Source: an uncultured Planctomycetaceae bacterium (lineage in GTDB: Bacteria > Planctomycetota > Planctomycetia > Planctomycetales > Planctomycetaceae). From it: DNA of 64,000 nucleotides. The notes below the pieces were generated by a model. It saw only the letters and a program-made list of their open reading frames with translations. It was not told where the DNA came from and ran no database searches. The translations under genes were made by a program, and so were the position numbers. The stretch covers positions 1 through 64,000 of the forward strand of contig CAXBME010000020.1 of NCBI GenBank assembly GCA_963976765.1, in the 5' to 3' direction. Positions 30,360 through 41,900 of the stretch are shown here, one piece after another. Position 1 is the stretch's first letter. Each line of letters begins with the position of its first letter.

Positions 30360-31226
30360 ATGGATACGAAAATATTAAGGCTGATTCTGCTCAAGCGGGA
30401 CAGCAGTGACCGAATCAACCGGGCGGCCCAGGAACTGACAGAGTTTCTGCAGTCTCAACCCGGCACGGAACTGCTCACGGTCACCGTCATCGAAGAGCTT
30501 GATCCGACAACGCTGGACGGCTCGGAGATTGCCGTCGTGCTTGGCGGCGACGGCGCCATTATTCGAGCGTGCCGACAGCTTGGAATGCGACAGCTTCCGA
30601 TCATTGGAATCAATCTTGGCAGACTGGGGTTTCTGGCGGATTTGACGCCGGGCCTCTTCAGAAATCGATTTGACGAAATTCGCACACGCCGCTTCGACGT
30701 CGTCGAGCACCTGATGTTTCAATGCAGATTGACGCGGCCAGACGGGAAATCGAACTCGTGGCTGGGTGTGAACGAGATCGCCATCAGTGCAGAAGCGACG
30801 TTACAGATGGTGGAGGTCGCGTTGAGCATTGATGACGCTCCCGTCACCACTTACAGCTGCGACGGTTTAATCATCAGCACGCCGGTTGGGTCGACCGCAC
30901 ACAGCCTGTCAGCTGGCGGTCCGGCGATCCGGCAGGATCTGCCTGTCGTGGTGGTCACCCCGATTTGCCCGCATACGCTTTCGAACCGGGCACTCGTCGA
31001 TGACGCAAACCGCCGTTATCAGTTGGAACTTCCGTCAGCCCGAACGGAAGTCGTGCTGGTCATTGACGGACAGATTCGAGTTCCCTTCCAGGTTGGCGAC
31101 CGCGTTGACTTTCAGAAAGCCGACGTCACGTTCAAACTGGCGCGGCTGGCCGGTCACAATTACTACAGTGTCCTGGAAAAGAAGCTTGGCTGGAGCGGTC
31201 AGCCCCGATACTCCGCCGACGACTGA
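30360..31226 (+). CDS. nadK: NAD(+) kinase
   Basis: Motifs LGGDG, GINLGRLGFL, NE and DGLIISTPVGSTAHSLSAGGP. Confidence 0.95.
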   Translation: MDTKILRLILLKRDSSDRINRAAQELTEFLQSQPGTELLTVTVIEELDPTTLDGSEIAVVLGGDGAIIRACRQLGMRQLPIIGINLGRLGFLADLTPGLFRNRFDEIRTRRFDVVEHLMFQCRLTRPDGKSNSWLGVNEIAISAEATLQMVEVALSIDDAPVTTYSCDGLIISTPVGSTAHSLSAGGPAIRQDLPVVVVTPICPHTLSNRALVDDANRRYQLELPSARTEVVLVIDGQIRVPFQVGDRVDFQKADVTFKLARLAGHNYYSVLEKKLGWSGQPRYSADD

Positions 31227-31237
31227 ACACCCCGCCT

Positions 31238-31324
31238 GCTGGGTGCGTCTCGACGCACCAATCCCCAGAAGACAATTGGATTGAAACGACAACCGAATTA
31301 ATGGTGCGTTGAGACGCACCCTGC
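31238..31324. repeat. REPIN-like inverted pair (GGGTGCGTCTCGACGCACC)
   Basis: 31238-31260 and 31302-31324 are near reverse complements; each is a GGTGCGT/ACGCACC hairpin. Confidence 0.75.
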
Positions 31325-31375
31325 GACGACGTCACAAACACGGCGGTTAATACCGCACAGAAACAAATTGGACTC

Positions 31376-32353
31376 ATGGCTGAAACGAAGCAACGACGAG
31401 CACTCATCACAGGCATCTCCGGTCAGGACGGGTACTACCTGACCCGCTTCCTGCAGGAACGCAACTACGAAGTTCACGGCATTGTCTCGTGCCGGGCTCC
31501 TGGCATCGGCGAAGCGGGCGAGCGGTTGTACTACGCTGACCTGGCCGATGGATCGAATCTGTCACAGATTCTGGACAAGTCGCAGCCGGACGAAGTCTAC
31601 AACCTTGCTGCGCAAAGTCATGTTCGGTTGTCCTTCGACCTGCCTCAATACACTGCCGACGTGACGGGTGTAGGCGTGCTGAGAATGCTCGACGCGATTC
31701 GCGAATTCCAGCAGCGGGCGGGAAAACAGGTTCGCTTTTACCAGGCGTCGTCGAGCGAGATGTTTGGCAAAGTCGTTGAGACGCCGCAGTCGGAATCAAC
31801 GCCGTTCTATCCTCGCAGCCCGTATGCCTGTGCCAAGGTTTATGCTTACTGGCAGACGATCAACTATCGCGAGTCCTACGACATGTTCGCGGTGAACGGG
31901 ATCCTGTTTAACCACGAATCACCAAGACGCGGTGAAGCGTTTGTCACACGCAAGATTTCGAAGGCCGTCGCGCGAATCAAACTCGGTTTGCAGGACAAAC
32001 TGAGCCTCGGCAATATCAACGCGCAGCGAGACTGGGGTTTTGCAGGCGACTTTGTCGAAGCCATGTGGCTGATGCTTCAGCAGGACGTGCCGGAAGACTA
32101 TGTCGTCGCCACTGGCAAGGTTCATTCCGTTCGTGATTTCCTCGACGCAACATTCGGGCATGTCGGTCTGGATTGGAAAGACCTCGTCGAAACCGACCAG
32201 AACCTGTTCCGACCCGCAGAAGTCGATCTGCTTTGCGGCGACGCCTCAAAGGCTCGCGAGAAACTCAACTGGCAACCCAAAGTCAGCTTCAAAGAACTGG
32301 CCGAGATGATGGTCGACCACGATCTGGAACTGGCCCGCCGGGAAATAGGATAA
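31376..32353 (+). CDS. gmd: GDP-mannose 4,6-dehydratase
   Basis: Motifs [37 protein letters not shown] and RDWG. Confidence 0.96.
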   Translation: MAETKQRRALITGISGQDGYYLTRFLQERNYEVHGIVSCRAPGIGEAGERLYYADLADGSNLSQILDKSQPDEVYNLAAQSHVRLSFDLPQYTADVTGVGVLRMLDAIREFQQRAGKQVRFYQASSSEMFGKVVETPQSESTPFYPRSPYACAKVYAYWQTINYRESYDMFAVNGILFNHESPRRGEAFVTRKISKAVARIKLGLQDKLSLGNINAQRDWGFAGDFVEAMWLMLQQDVPEDYVVATGKVHSVRDFLDATFGHVGLDWKDLVETDQNLFRPAEVDLLCGDASKAREKLNWQPKVSFKELAEMMVDHDLELARREIG

Positions 32354-32375
32354 CGACTCGCGTTGCGGAACCTTC

Positions 32376-33458
32376 ATGAAAGTCTTCGTTTCCGAGTACG
32401 TCTGCGGTGGTGCCTGGCCGGAAGGAACGCTCGATCGTTCGCTGGCAGCCGAAGGCCGAGCGATGCTGACCGCGCTCATTGAAGACCTGTTGCGGCTCTC
32501 GGACGTCGAGGTTGTTACAACGTGGGACGAACGACTCGGTACGTTTCCAATTGGGTTGGTCCCAACGCTCACCGTTGAGTCGATTACTTCGCTGCGTAAC
32601 GAACAGGATTCGTTTGGACGGTTGTGTGAACAGTCCGACGCGGCGTTCGTTATTGCGCCGGAGTTTCACGGGATCCTCACTGACCGAGTTAGGATCGCGT
32701 CCGCACGAACCCGGCTGGTGGGATGCGATGTCGAATCAACAAAGCTGTGCAGCGACAAACTCAGACTGGCGGCGTTTCTTGATGAAGCGAACATCCCGAC
32801 AGTCCCGACAGAATTATTCGAACCTGCTGGTGCGATAAATTCTGTCGAGAGTGGCGACACGAAATTCCCTTGCGTGATCAAACCTCAAGACGGTGCGGGC
32901 TCGTTGCTGACGCGTAAAGTGTCGAATTCAGACGAGCTTTCCGCACTGTCGAAACAGCTTCTGACAGGTGGAAATGGCTTCAGTTTTGTGCGGCAACCGT
33001 TCATCGACGGAGTCGCCATTTCGTGTGCGGCGATTGTGACCGCAGGGCAGGGGAGTGAGTCCAGGCGTTCGAGTATCGACGTGCTGCCGCCGTGCAGGCA
33101 GATTCTGTCAGACGATGGTCGCTTCTCTTACGAAGGGGCTGAGTATCCTCCTCCCATTGAAGTTGCCGAGACGGTTAAAGTTGAACACCTCGTTCGACGT
33201 TGCTGCTCATTGATCTCCGGCCTGAGCGGTTATGTTGGTTTCGACTTGCTGGTGCCATATGCAGAGAACGCCGAACCGATCGTTGTTGAGATCAATCCTC
33301 GCCTGACGACAGGGGTTCTGCTTTGGCAGAAAATGTGCAAACAGAACTTGGTGACTCGAATGCTGGCCTTGACCGACGGCGGTGTCCCGCCGGTGGAGAG
33401 TCCGCTTTCGTGGAAATCCGCTCCGGCCACCATCAGAATGCAGTTGCTGACTGAGTAA
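32376..33458 (+). CDS. ATP-grasp protein, MfnD (tyramine-glutamate ligase)-like
   Basis: Motifs VSEYVCGG...SLAAEGRAML, IAPE, KPQDGAGS, GYVGFD and EINPRLTT. Confidence 0.75.
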   Translation: MKVFVSEYVCGGAWPEGTLDRSLAAEGRAMLTALIEDLLRLSDVEVVTTWDERLGTFPIGLVPTLTVESITSLRNEQDSFGRLCEQSDAAFVIAPEFHGILTDRVRIASARTRLVGCDVESTKLCSDKLRLAAFLDEANIPTVPTELFEPAGAINSVESGDTKFPCVIKPQDGAGSLLTRKVSNSDELSALSKQLLTGGNGFSFVRQPFIDGVAISCAAIVTAGQGSESRRSSIDVLPPCRQILSDDGRFSYEGAEYPPPIEVAETVKVEHLVRRCCSLISGLSGYVGFDLLVPYAENAEPIVVEINPRLTTGVLLWQKMCKQNLVTRMLALTDGGVPPVESPLSWKSAPATIRMQLLTE

Positions 33459-33662
33459 CCGGTATTCTTGCCAGCGAGAAAACCGACAGCTTTAAATCAG
33501 GACAAGACGGAGGGAGCTGAGTCAGAAATCGAACACGTTCTCTGTTTCTCCTGGCGAATCCAGTTCAAAACTTTTTCTGGATGAACCCCTTTCGTTATGT
33601 TCGTCAACGCTCCGCCTTTTAGTAATGAGCCGAACCTTCTCCGAATCACAAAGGGAGCCGTT

Positions 33663-34985
33663 ATGGATCGCCGTCAGTTTCTAAAGAGTTCAACCACTTC
33701 TGCAGCAGTCGCCACGGTGCTGGCGGGGCATCCAGCGGCAAAGGCCGCCGCCAGTGAACGAGTCCGCGTGGGAGTGGTTGGAGGCGGCGGGCGAGCCTTC
33801 TCGCTCAACTGCACGTTTGCGTCGAATCCCAACGCCGAGATTGTCGCGATCGCCGACCTCGATTCCGGACGGCGCGACAAAGCAATTTCCGAAGTCACGA
33901 AACGTCAGGGCTCGGAACCCGCTGCCGAGAAAGACTTTCGCCGGCTTATCGACGACTACAAACTCGACGCGCTGGTTGTCGGTACGCCCGATCACTGGCA
34001 CGCTATTCCGACAATCATGGCCTGTCAGGCCGGCATTGATGTTTATGTAGAAAAGCCGGACGGCCACAACATTGTCGAAGGGCAGACGATGGTCGCGGCT
34101 CTGAAAAAGCACAAACGCGTGGTACAGATGGGGTCTCAGCATCGTACCACCGAGCGGCTGATTTCGGCTCTGGACTTTATCCGAACCGGAGCGCTCGGAC
34201 GGTGCCTGGTCGCCAAAGCGTGGGAAAGCACGAAGCAGGGCCCCATCGGCTTTCCGCCGGACAGCGATCCCCCTCCGGGAATTGATTACGACTTCTGGCT
34301 GGGAGCCGCTCCGAAGCGCCCGTTCAATCGCAACCGTTTTCACGGTCGCTGGCGATGGTTCTACGACTACGGAACCGGCGACCTCGGCAACGACGGAGTC
34401 CATCGTCTCGATATGGCCGTCGCTGCCTTGTCAGCAGCGTGCGAAGCTCAAGGTGATCCACTGCCCGGCCTCCCGCGAAAGATTCAGGCGTCCGGCGGCA
34501 AGTGGTATTTCGACGATGCTCAGGAGTTTCCCGACACGCTGCAGGTCAACTACGAATACCACTCCGGCGAGCATCGCAAACTGCTGACTTATGAAATGCG
34601 GATCTGGGCACCTTACTCGTTCCATCTGAATTCTGAAGGCGCGGCTGTCTACGGCGACAAAGGCTACATCATTATTGGCAACACAGGGTGGAGTGCCTAC
34701 ACCACTCGAAACAAACTGATTAAAGAGGTGAAGGGCGACAGCTTCGAAGGTCCGCACGTTCAGAACTTCCTCGACTGTATCAAGTCGCGAGACAAACCCG
34801 CGTGCGACCTGGAAACCGTCGGACACCCGGCCTCCGTTCTCTGCCATGCGGGCAACATCGCCGCACGAGTTGGTCGGCAACTGATCATGGACCCGGTGAC
34901 CGAGACGTTCGAAAACGATTCAGAAGCCAACGCCCTGCGAACTCGACCCGAGTACCGGAAGCCGTGGGTGCTGCCGAACGTGTGA
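33663..34985 (+). CDS. Tat-exported Gfo/Idh/MocA oxidoreductase
   Basis: Twin-arginine DRRQFLK; GTPDHWH; YVEKP; GDLGNDGVH. Confidence 0.9.
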   Translation: MDRRQFLKSSTTSAAVATVLAGHPAAKAAASERVRVGVVGGGGRAFSLNCTFASNPNAEIVAIADLDSGRRDKAISEVTKRQGSEPAAEKDFRRLIDDYKLDALVVGTPDHWHAIPTIMACQAGIDVYVEKPDGHNIVEGQTMVAALKKHKRVVQMGSQHRTTERLISALDFIRTGALGRCLVAKAWESTKQGPIGFPPDSDPPPGIDYDFWLGAAPKRPFNRNRFHGRWRWFYDYGTGDLGNDGVHRLDMAVAALSAACEAQGDPLPGLPRKIQASGGKWYFDDAQEFPDTLQVNYEYHSGEHRKLLTYEMRIWAPYSFHLNSEGAAVYGDKGYIIIGNTGWSAYTTRNKLIKEVKGDSFEGPHVQNFLDCIKSRDKPACDLETVGHPASVLCHAGNIAARVGRQLIMDPVTETFENDSEANALRTRPEYRKPWVLPNV

Positions 34986-35294
34986 GATTCTCACGGGACA
35001 ATCAGCCCTGACCGGCTCCATACGCAAAGTCGACGAGACGCGGAGCGATTGCGTACGAGCCGAGGAGTGATTGAGTGCAGGCCGAGGAAACGGTCCTTCC
35101 CGTGCGATTTGCACATGAGCCTGACCGACTCGCTTGTTGAACCGGACTTGTGGAACGTGAATTCCGGCATCTTCTGCGCGCCATCGTGCAGGACTCCCGA
35201 ATGTCGTACGAAAAGTCGTAGATCAGAGTTTTTACTGCACTACCGGGCGTCAGCCGGTAATCGCAGGTTGCGACTCAGTATATAGTCAGGGGAG

Positions 35295-35334
35295 TGCCTT
35301 CTGTTGGAATCGAACTAACAACCTACTGATTAAG
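35295..35334 (-). other. tRNA 3'-half remnant (probably Lys-CTT-like); putative att site
   Basis: The minus strand reads CTTAATCAG TAGGTT GTTAG-TTCGATT-CCAAC AGAAGGC A, i.e. the 3' side of the anticodon arm, the T-arm and the acceptor strand. No D-arm or 5' half lies upstream. Confidence 0.7.
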
Positions 35335-35946
35335 GGACACGTTTTGAACGCTGATTCAGGCCGGGTCGCGGACGAATCGCGTAGTAGATGCTCGATTGCT
35401 TTCATTCATAATTTGAGTAATGAAAAAAGAATTTCACAGAGAAGCGAATCGTGTTAATGGTTTTTATTTGAAAGTCCACTTTGCTATAGCTGTGACTTAA
35501 TTTGATTAAAATGGTATTTGTGCTGCACGTGCATTGTGTGTATGAGGTTTGTTCTGAACGTTTGGCGGGATCTGAAGGTTAGCGAAAATTGAATCAGGCA
35601 GGTGCGAAATAGCAGGGTGAAACATCGACCGTGACTGGAAGCGAACAGACGACGGTTCTGGGGCACTCGTATGTTATAAACACCGCTGAGCCAACATGAC
35701 ACGCGGATCAGTTGGATGGAGCCGCTCCATCATGCAACCGACATCTGCAAGGTTCACCGTTTGGCAGAATGCGGAAGTCCGGTCATGCGTGTACCTGCAA
35801 AAAGTGACCAACTTGGTCATCCAAAGCAAGGCAGCGGGGGGGGGCGATGTCTCAAGTCCTGCCAACTGCCTCAGCCACGTTTCGAGACGATCGCCCAAAA
35901 CGGTTTTGGTAATGTGAACTTGATCATGCTGTTGATTGCAGCGACG

Positions 35947-38900
35947 TCAAAATTCAAGTAGCGCAGGCAGGACCAATTTTCCGAAGGCTTCATCGATTTT
36001 TTCGATGTATGCCAGAGAGTTCTGGAAGATCGGCATTTCCTCTTTACCGGCTGGTTCTTGATCAGTGCTGACTGGGGCGGAGCGTCCACTTGGACGCTGA
36101 CCTCCGAGCAGAGTGTCTCTGCCAACGATCGCGTCGAACGTGTCGTCGCGTTCGACTCCATTCAACATGTCGGCTCCCAAGCCTCCGGCGATGTTGTCTG
36201 GACCTGAGCCGCCGAAGATTGTGTCTGCCCCATCGACTCCGTCGATGCTATCTCGCCCTCCGCCACCAAACAGGCTGTCGTCGTTGTCTCCGCCGTCGAT
36301 GTTGTCCCGACCGCGACCTCCGAGAATCGTGTCGTTGCCGGTGCCTCCATACAGGCTGTCTCTGCCACTGTTTCCAGCGATGAGGTCGTTGCCGGCTCCT
36401 CCATTTACGATGTCATTCCCACTGCCTGCAAATATCAGGTCATCGCCTGTCCCGCCGGTCAATGTGTCGTTCCCAAAACTGCCAATTATTGTAAGTGGGC
36501 CGCGTGTATAGCCACTGGCGTCGATCACACTGCCGGGACCTGTAGCAGTCAGTTGAACGCCTTCGACTGAGTTCAGAATATCACTATTGAGATCCGAATC
36601 GGACGCGTCTGTCAACACGATGTTCGTTCCGGTGATTTCAACAAAGTCTATCCCATCGCCGCCAACCAGGTAGTCAGCCATTGAACTTCCCAGCAAGGTG
36701 TCGTTTCCACCATTACCAAGCAAGGTAACCGGAAAGGGGGCTTCTGTTGCGTCCAGTCGATTGTTGCCCGCCCCGGCAACGAGTATTGCCTGTTCGAATC
36801 CGCTGTGTGTGTCCGCGCCGGCGCCTGATGCCGTTGTCACCGAGACTTGCAGCCTGGAGTTGCCAGTCACACGCAATGTGTCGGTACCGCCTCCGCCTGA
36901 AAGTTCGTTTGTTCCTGCTCCTCCGGACAGAACGTCATCGTCATTACCTCCCAGAAGAGTGTCATTGCCGGCACCTCCATTTAGTGTCACGGCAACCGTG
37001 GCCGACGAGGCATCAAATCGATCATCGTCACCATTTCCATTGAATAGAACGGGCGTCGTTACCAGTCCGGTTCCCAGGATCGTAACTGCGTCGGGCCCTT
37101 CGGAGCCGATGATCTCGAACTCTTCCAGACGGGATGTATCCAGTCGTATGAGTTCTGCTCCCTGCTGGTCGCGAAGCACCAGTTCCGGGCCGTCACCCAG
37201 AAGTTCCAAATTGCGGCCTTCGTTCTGCAAAGTGATCGTGGCCGACTGACTCGTACTAGCTCCCAGAAAGATGACGTTGAGTTCGTTTGGCGAACTGAAA
37301 CTGACACTCGTCACGGCCAGATCGGCGGCGCCGTCACCATTGACATCACCGATTGCGGCCACGGCTGTACCGAAGCCAGGAGAACCAAGCCCATCGGGAG
37401 TCTCGCCTGAAGCATCGCCGATGGTGAAGCTGGATTGAATGGTCCCGTCGCCGTTGAGTGAGAGAACATGAACGGTTCCGTCTCCGGCTGACTTCGCTCC
37501 TACAGCCAGTTCCGGGACACCATTGCCATCACGGTCCGGCAGAAAACTGATGGCGTTACCGAAGTTGTCCCGCGAACTGACAGTTCCTGTCGTCAGACCA
37601 CTCGTACCGTCCGCAATCTTTGCGTTCGATTTCACCGAACCGTCAGTATTCAGAAACAACAGATGGACCGCTCCGGCGTAGTACCCGCCGCCGTTGGATT
37701 CACGGGGAGCACCAACCGCCAGATCAGTCACCCCGTCCCCGTCGAGATCTCCCAGTGATGCCAGCGAGCTGCCGAATCCGTCCTGACTGGAAACGCTTCC
37801 GGCCGGCAGACCGCCGACACCGTCTGCAATTCGACTGTTGGCTTTGACCGTTCCGTCGGCGTTCAGTCGCAGGACATGAACATCCAGACTGGGGCCGTAA
37901 GTCCCCGATGAGACCGCCAGATCATCGAAGCCGTCTCCGTCAATATCATCCAGTGAGACGACAGCGCGTCCGAATCTGAAATCAGACTCAACTGTTCCCT
38001 CCGGCAGCCCTCCGACACCATCGGAAATCCGTCGGTGATCTTTCACTGAGCCATCGTTGTTCAGGTACAGGACATAAATCGAGCCTGGAACAGGAGTTTC
38101 TGAAAGAGCGGGTGTCCCGACGGCGATGTCCGGGATACCGTCTCCGTTGCGGTCGCCGATTCCAGCGATCGAGGCGCCGAACTGATCGTAAACCTGGAGT
38201 CCCAGGCTGTCGACGCGTTCATTCAGGACATCGTCCGGCAGACCACCTTCGCCGTCCGCGATCTTCGTGCTGGCTTTGACGGTGCCGTCGTCGTTCAGCA
38301 GCAGGATACGAACAGAGTCATATGAACCCACCGCGACATCCGGTATGCCATCACCGTCGATGTCGCCGATGCCCGCCGTGGAACCGCCAAAGCCGTCATA
38401 CGGTTCGAGAGTGTTCTCAGGCAGACCGCCAACACCATCACCGATGGTCTGGAATCCAGTGATCGGAGCGGGTGTCGAGACGATTGTGTTATTACCCTGG
38501 TTGTCGGTGATCACGTTCTGGCCGGTTCCGCCATCCAGCAGGTCATCAGCGTCTTCACCGAACAGTTCGTCGTTGCCGGAGCCGCCATACAGCGAATCGT
38601 TGCCGGCTCCACCAAAGATTCGGTCGTCTCCAGCTTCGCCAAAGAACCGATCGTCACCGCCTTCTGATTCCAGATGATCGTTTCCGGTGCCTCCTCGCAG
38701 TTCATCATCGCCGGGACCACCGAACACGATGTCGTCACCGGCCTCTCCGTTGACGGTGTCATTCCCATCGCCACCGACCAGAAAATCAAACTCCCGAATG
38801 CCGTTGCCTCCGCCCAGCAGGACATCGTCGCCACCGCCGCCGAGAAGCACATCGGTGTCATTGCCACCACGAATTTCATCGTTACCGGCTCCAGTCAGGC

Positions 38901-41900
38901 CCAGTGCGGCCAGTGCAGAATTCAGAGCGGCATTCGGATCGCCAAACAGCAGGTTTTTGGCGGCTTCCAGAAAGTTGCTCGAGAAGTTATAGACGTCGCC
39001 AATCAACAGGGCGTCGCCCAGGATCACGTTGGTTCCATCGCCTCCGGTGATGAAATCATCACCATGCCCGCCGATGATCAGATTGAGGTTACGACCGCCG
39101 TTGATGATGTCATCTCCCATCCCGGCCGGAGCCAGCGCCGCCGTGACATGCACATCGCCATCACGCAGTGCGTCCAGAGAAAACAGAGACTTTGTTCCAA
39201 ACTGAAACGTGTCGCCCAGAATGACGTTGGTGGCGTTGAGTCCGCCGTTCAGAATGTCACCGATCCGCACGCCGTCACCCGGGGGGCCGGTATTGGAATC
39301 GCGTCCGCCGACGATCACATTGAAGCCACTGCCGCCCTGGATCGTGTCGTTGCCGTCGTTTCCGAAGAGCAGATCCAGTGAGCCACCTTCATCGCGGATG
39401 TCATCGGCTCCGTCGCCGCCGATCGCGAGCGTGAAGCCATCGCTTCCCTGAATCGTGTCATCCCCGGTGCCGGCGAGCCCCGGCAGTTCGAACGTGGTAT
39501 CGATCGCCTCGAAGTTTTCTTCCAGCGACTTGCTGAGAGACAGGCCTCGGAAGTCGAGCTTGATTTCGGCTCCCAGATTCAGCGAATCGCCCATCAGCAC
39601 ATCGAAGAAACCATGCCCGGTCAACTGGTCATTACCGTCGCCTCCGACGAGCACGTTCACTCCGTTCAGCGCTCCTTGCAGAACATCATCGCCGTCGCCT
39701 TTCTGAACCAGTCCAGTCTTGAACTGAAAGAAGACCGGCAATTTGACGACGTTGACGATGTTGATGAATTCAAACGTGACGGTATTGAGAATCCCCAGTG
39801 GAGTCGTGGGAATTTCACTGAATTCAAAAGTGTCGCCGATCAGGATGCTGCCAACCGTTTGGGTATCCAACTGGAAATCGTCAGAAGATGCCTGGAGCAC
39901 ATCGCTGCCATGTCCTCCGACCAGAATCGAAAAGCTGCTGGCCTGTAAAGCCGAAACTCGCAGTTCTTCACCGGCACGACGCCGATTCGCGAGTTCTCGT
40001 AATCCTGTCACACTTCCTGCCTGACTCAACAGCTGATCAAGCTGCGTGTAAGAGCCTCCGCCTTTGATTGTGTCGTCTCCGTCGTTGCCGAAGAAAACAT
40101 CGACAACGCCACCACCTGTAAACATGCGGTCGTTGCCTGCTCCGCCGAATGCCACGTCAATACCGAGGACGCCGAATCCGTACGAGCCGGTGATGTGATC
40201 GTTTCCGGTACCTTTCAATTCGAACGACGAGTTGGCCGACAGCAGCGCCGCGGCCTTGGCGAAGAAGCCACTCGACTTCGACTGCGAGACGTCTTCGGAC
40301 TCTCCCTGACTGGAAGCTTCGAGTTCGCCAAAATCGAGGTTCAGCGATGCGGACAGATCGAATGAATCACCGAAGAGGAGTCCAACACCAGTTCCCCCTT
40401 CGAGGATGTCGTCGCCGGAACCGCCCAGCAGAACGTCAAAGCCGCCGGAGCCGATCAGCACATCGTCGCCGGCCTGATCCTCGTCGACTGTCCGGATATC
40501 AATGCCAAGCGAGAACCTGCCTTCCGAAAGTCCGCGTAATGCGGCTCCGACATTCGTGTTGCCGTCGAAGTCGAGTGTGTCTCCAATCAGCACGTCGACG
40601 AATGACTGGCCTCTCAGTACGTCATGGCCCCCATTGCCCATCTGGAAGCTGCCTTTTCTCCCTCCAACAATGACATCGTCGTCAGCACCACCAAACGTGA
40701 TCGTGAAATCCGTTCTTTCCCCGTTGATGTCGTCGCTGCCGTCGTTACCGAAGATCACATCAACCAGTCCGCCACTGAATCCGTCGGGATCAATGGCTTC
40801 AAACAGATCATCGCCCGCGCCCGCGATGACCAGTTCCAGGCCCGAGCCACCGAAAATCGTATCGTTTCCGGCGCCGTCAAGTACCACGCCGGCACTGAAG
40901 TTCAGAGCGCTGACCAGGGCATCCTGAGCGGCGCTGAAACTGTCTGCGTTGAAGAGCGGAACGAAATTGACATTGAGAGCCACTTCGGCGCGAATACTGT
41001 CGCCGAGCAGGATACCTCCGCCATCTCTTGAGAAGATCCGATCGGTTCCAGGCCCGCCCATCAGGATGTCAAACCCGCCAGCACCATCGATCGTGTCGTT
41101 GCCTTCTCCAACGGCGGCCAGCGAGATCGAGGCCAGTTGAAGTTCGCGTTCCGGAGCGTCGGACAGACTTTCCAGAAACGCTCGCAGTCCGGTGGCATCC
41201 AGACCGAAACCTTCGCCGATCAGAACATCCAGGTTGTCTCCACCTTTGATGTCATCATCTCCGGAACCGCCAGCCACCAGATTGATTCCATCGCGAGCTC
41301 TGATAACCGTGTCGATCACCACATCGGATTCGACGTGAATGAAGTCATTGCTGTCCGATGCCAGAACGAGGACGCTCATGATGGGGTTCGTCTGAATGTC
41401 GACCGTCGCCGACTTCATCAATGGACCATCACCCGTGTCATAGTCAATGCTCAGGGCGAGCGTTCCGGAGGCGTCTCCATTACCGATCGTTGCTCCCTGC
41501 GATTCCGGTCCCGTCCTGACGACCAGCACGTCGCTGCCGTCAGCGCGAAAGAAGCCTCGGAACGGCGCAACCTCGTCATCTTCTGCTTCAGACACGGCGG
41601 CGATGTGTTCAGAGGACGTCACCGTCGACTCCTGGTCGAATTCAACAAAGATCTGCTGAACGTCGGAGTTCGCCAGCGCCGCCGCGAGTCCCGGGACCAG
41701 GTCCACATCGAACTCAAGTGTGTGATTTCCGGCATCCAGCGCGGTGCCGGCTCCGCTTTCACCAATCAGCTGCATCGAGCCACCGCTGCCGCTGATCGCT
41801 GTCGGTGAAACGGTCAATGTCCCCAGGTCGGCTCCGACGCCTCGAACATGCGTGTCGCCGAAGGCTTCCAGTGAAGCAAAGAATCGGAACTGTCCGGAAG

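Noticed and set aside
26028..31324. CRISPR array suggested by short palindromic repeats
   Set aside because: The repeats occur as isolated inverted pairs, not as direct repeats with regular spacers, and there are no cas genes.
35295..35370. Intact tRNA gene
   Set aside because: There is no D-arm or 5' acceptor strand upstream, and the T-stem has a mismatch.
35836..35844. G9 tract as a phase-variation switch
   Set aside because: It is not inside any supportable CDS or promoter, and the flanking frames show no recognisable protein.
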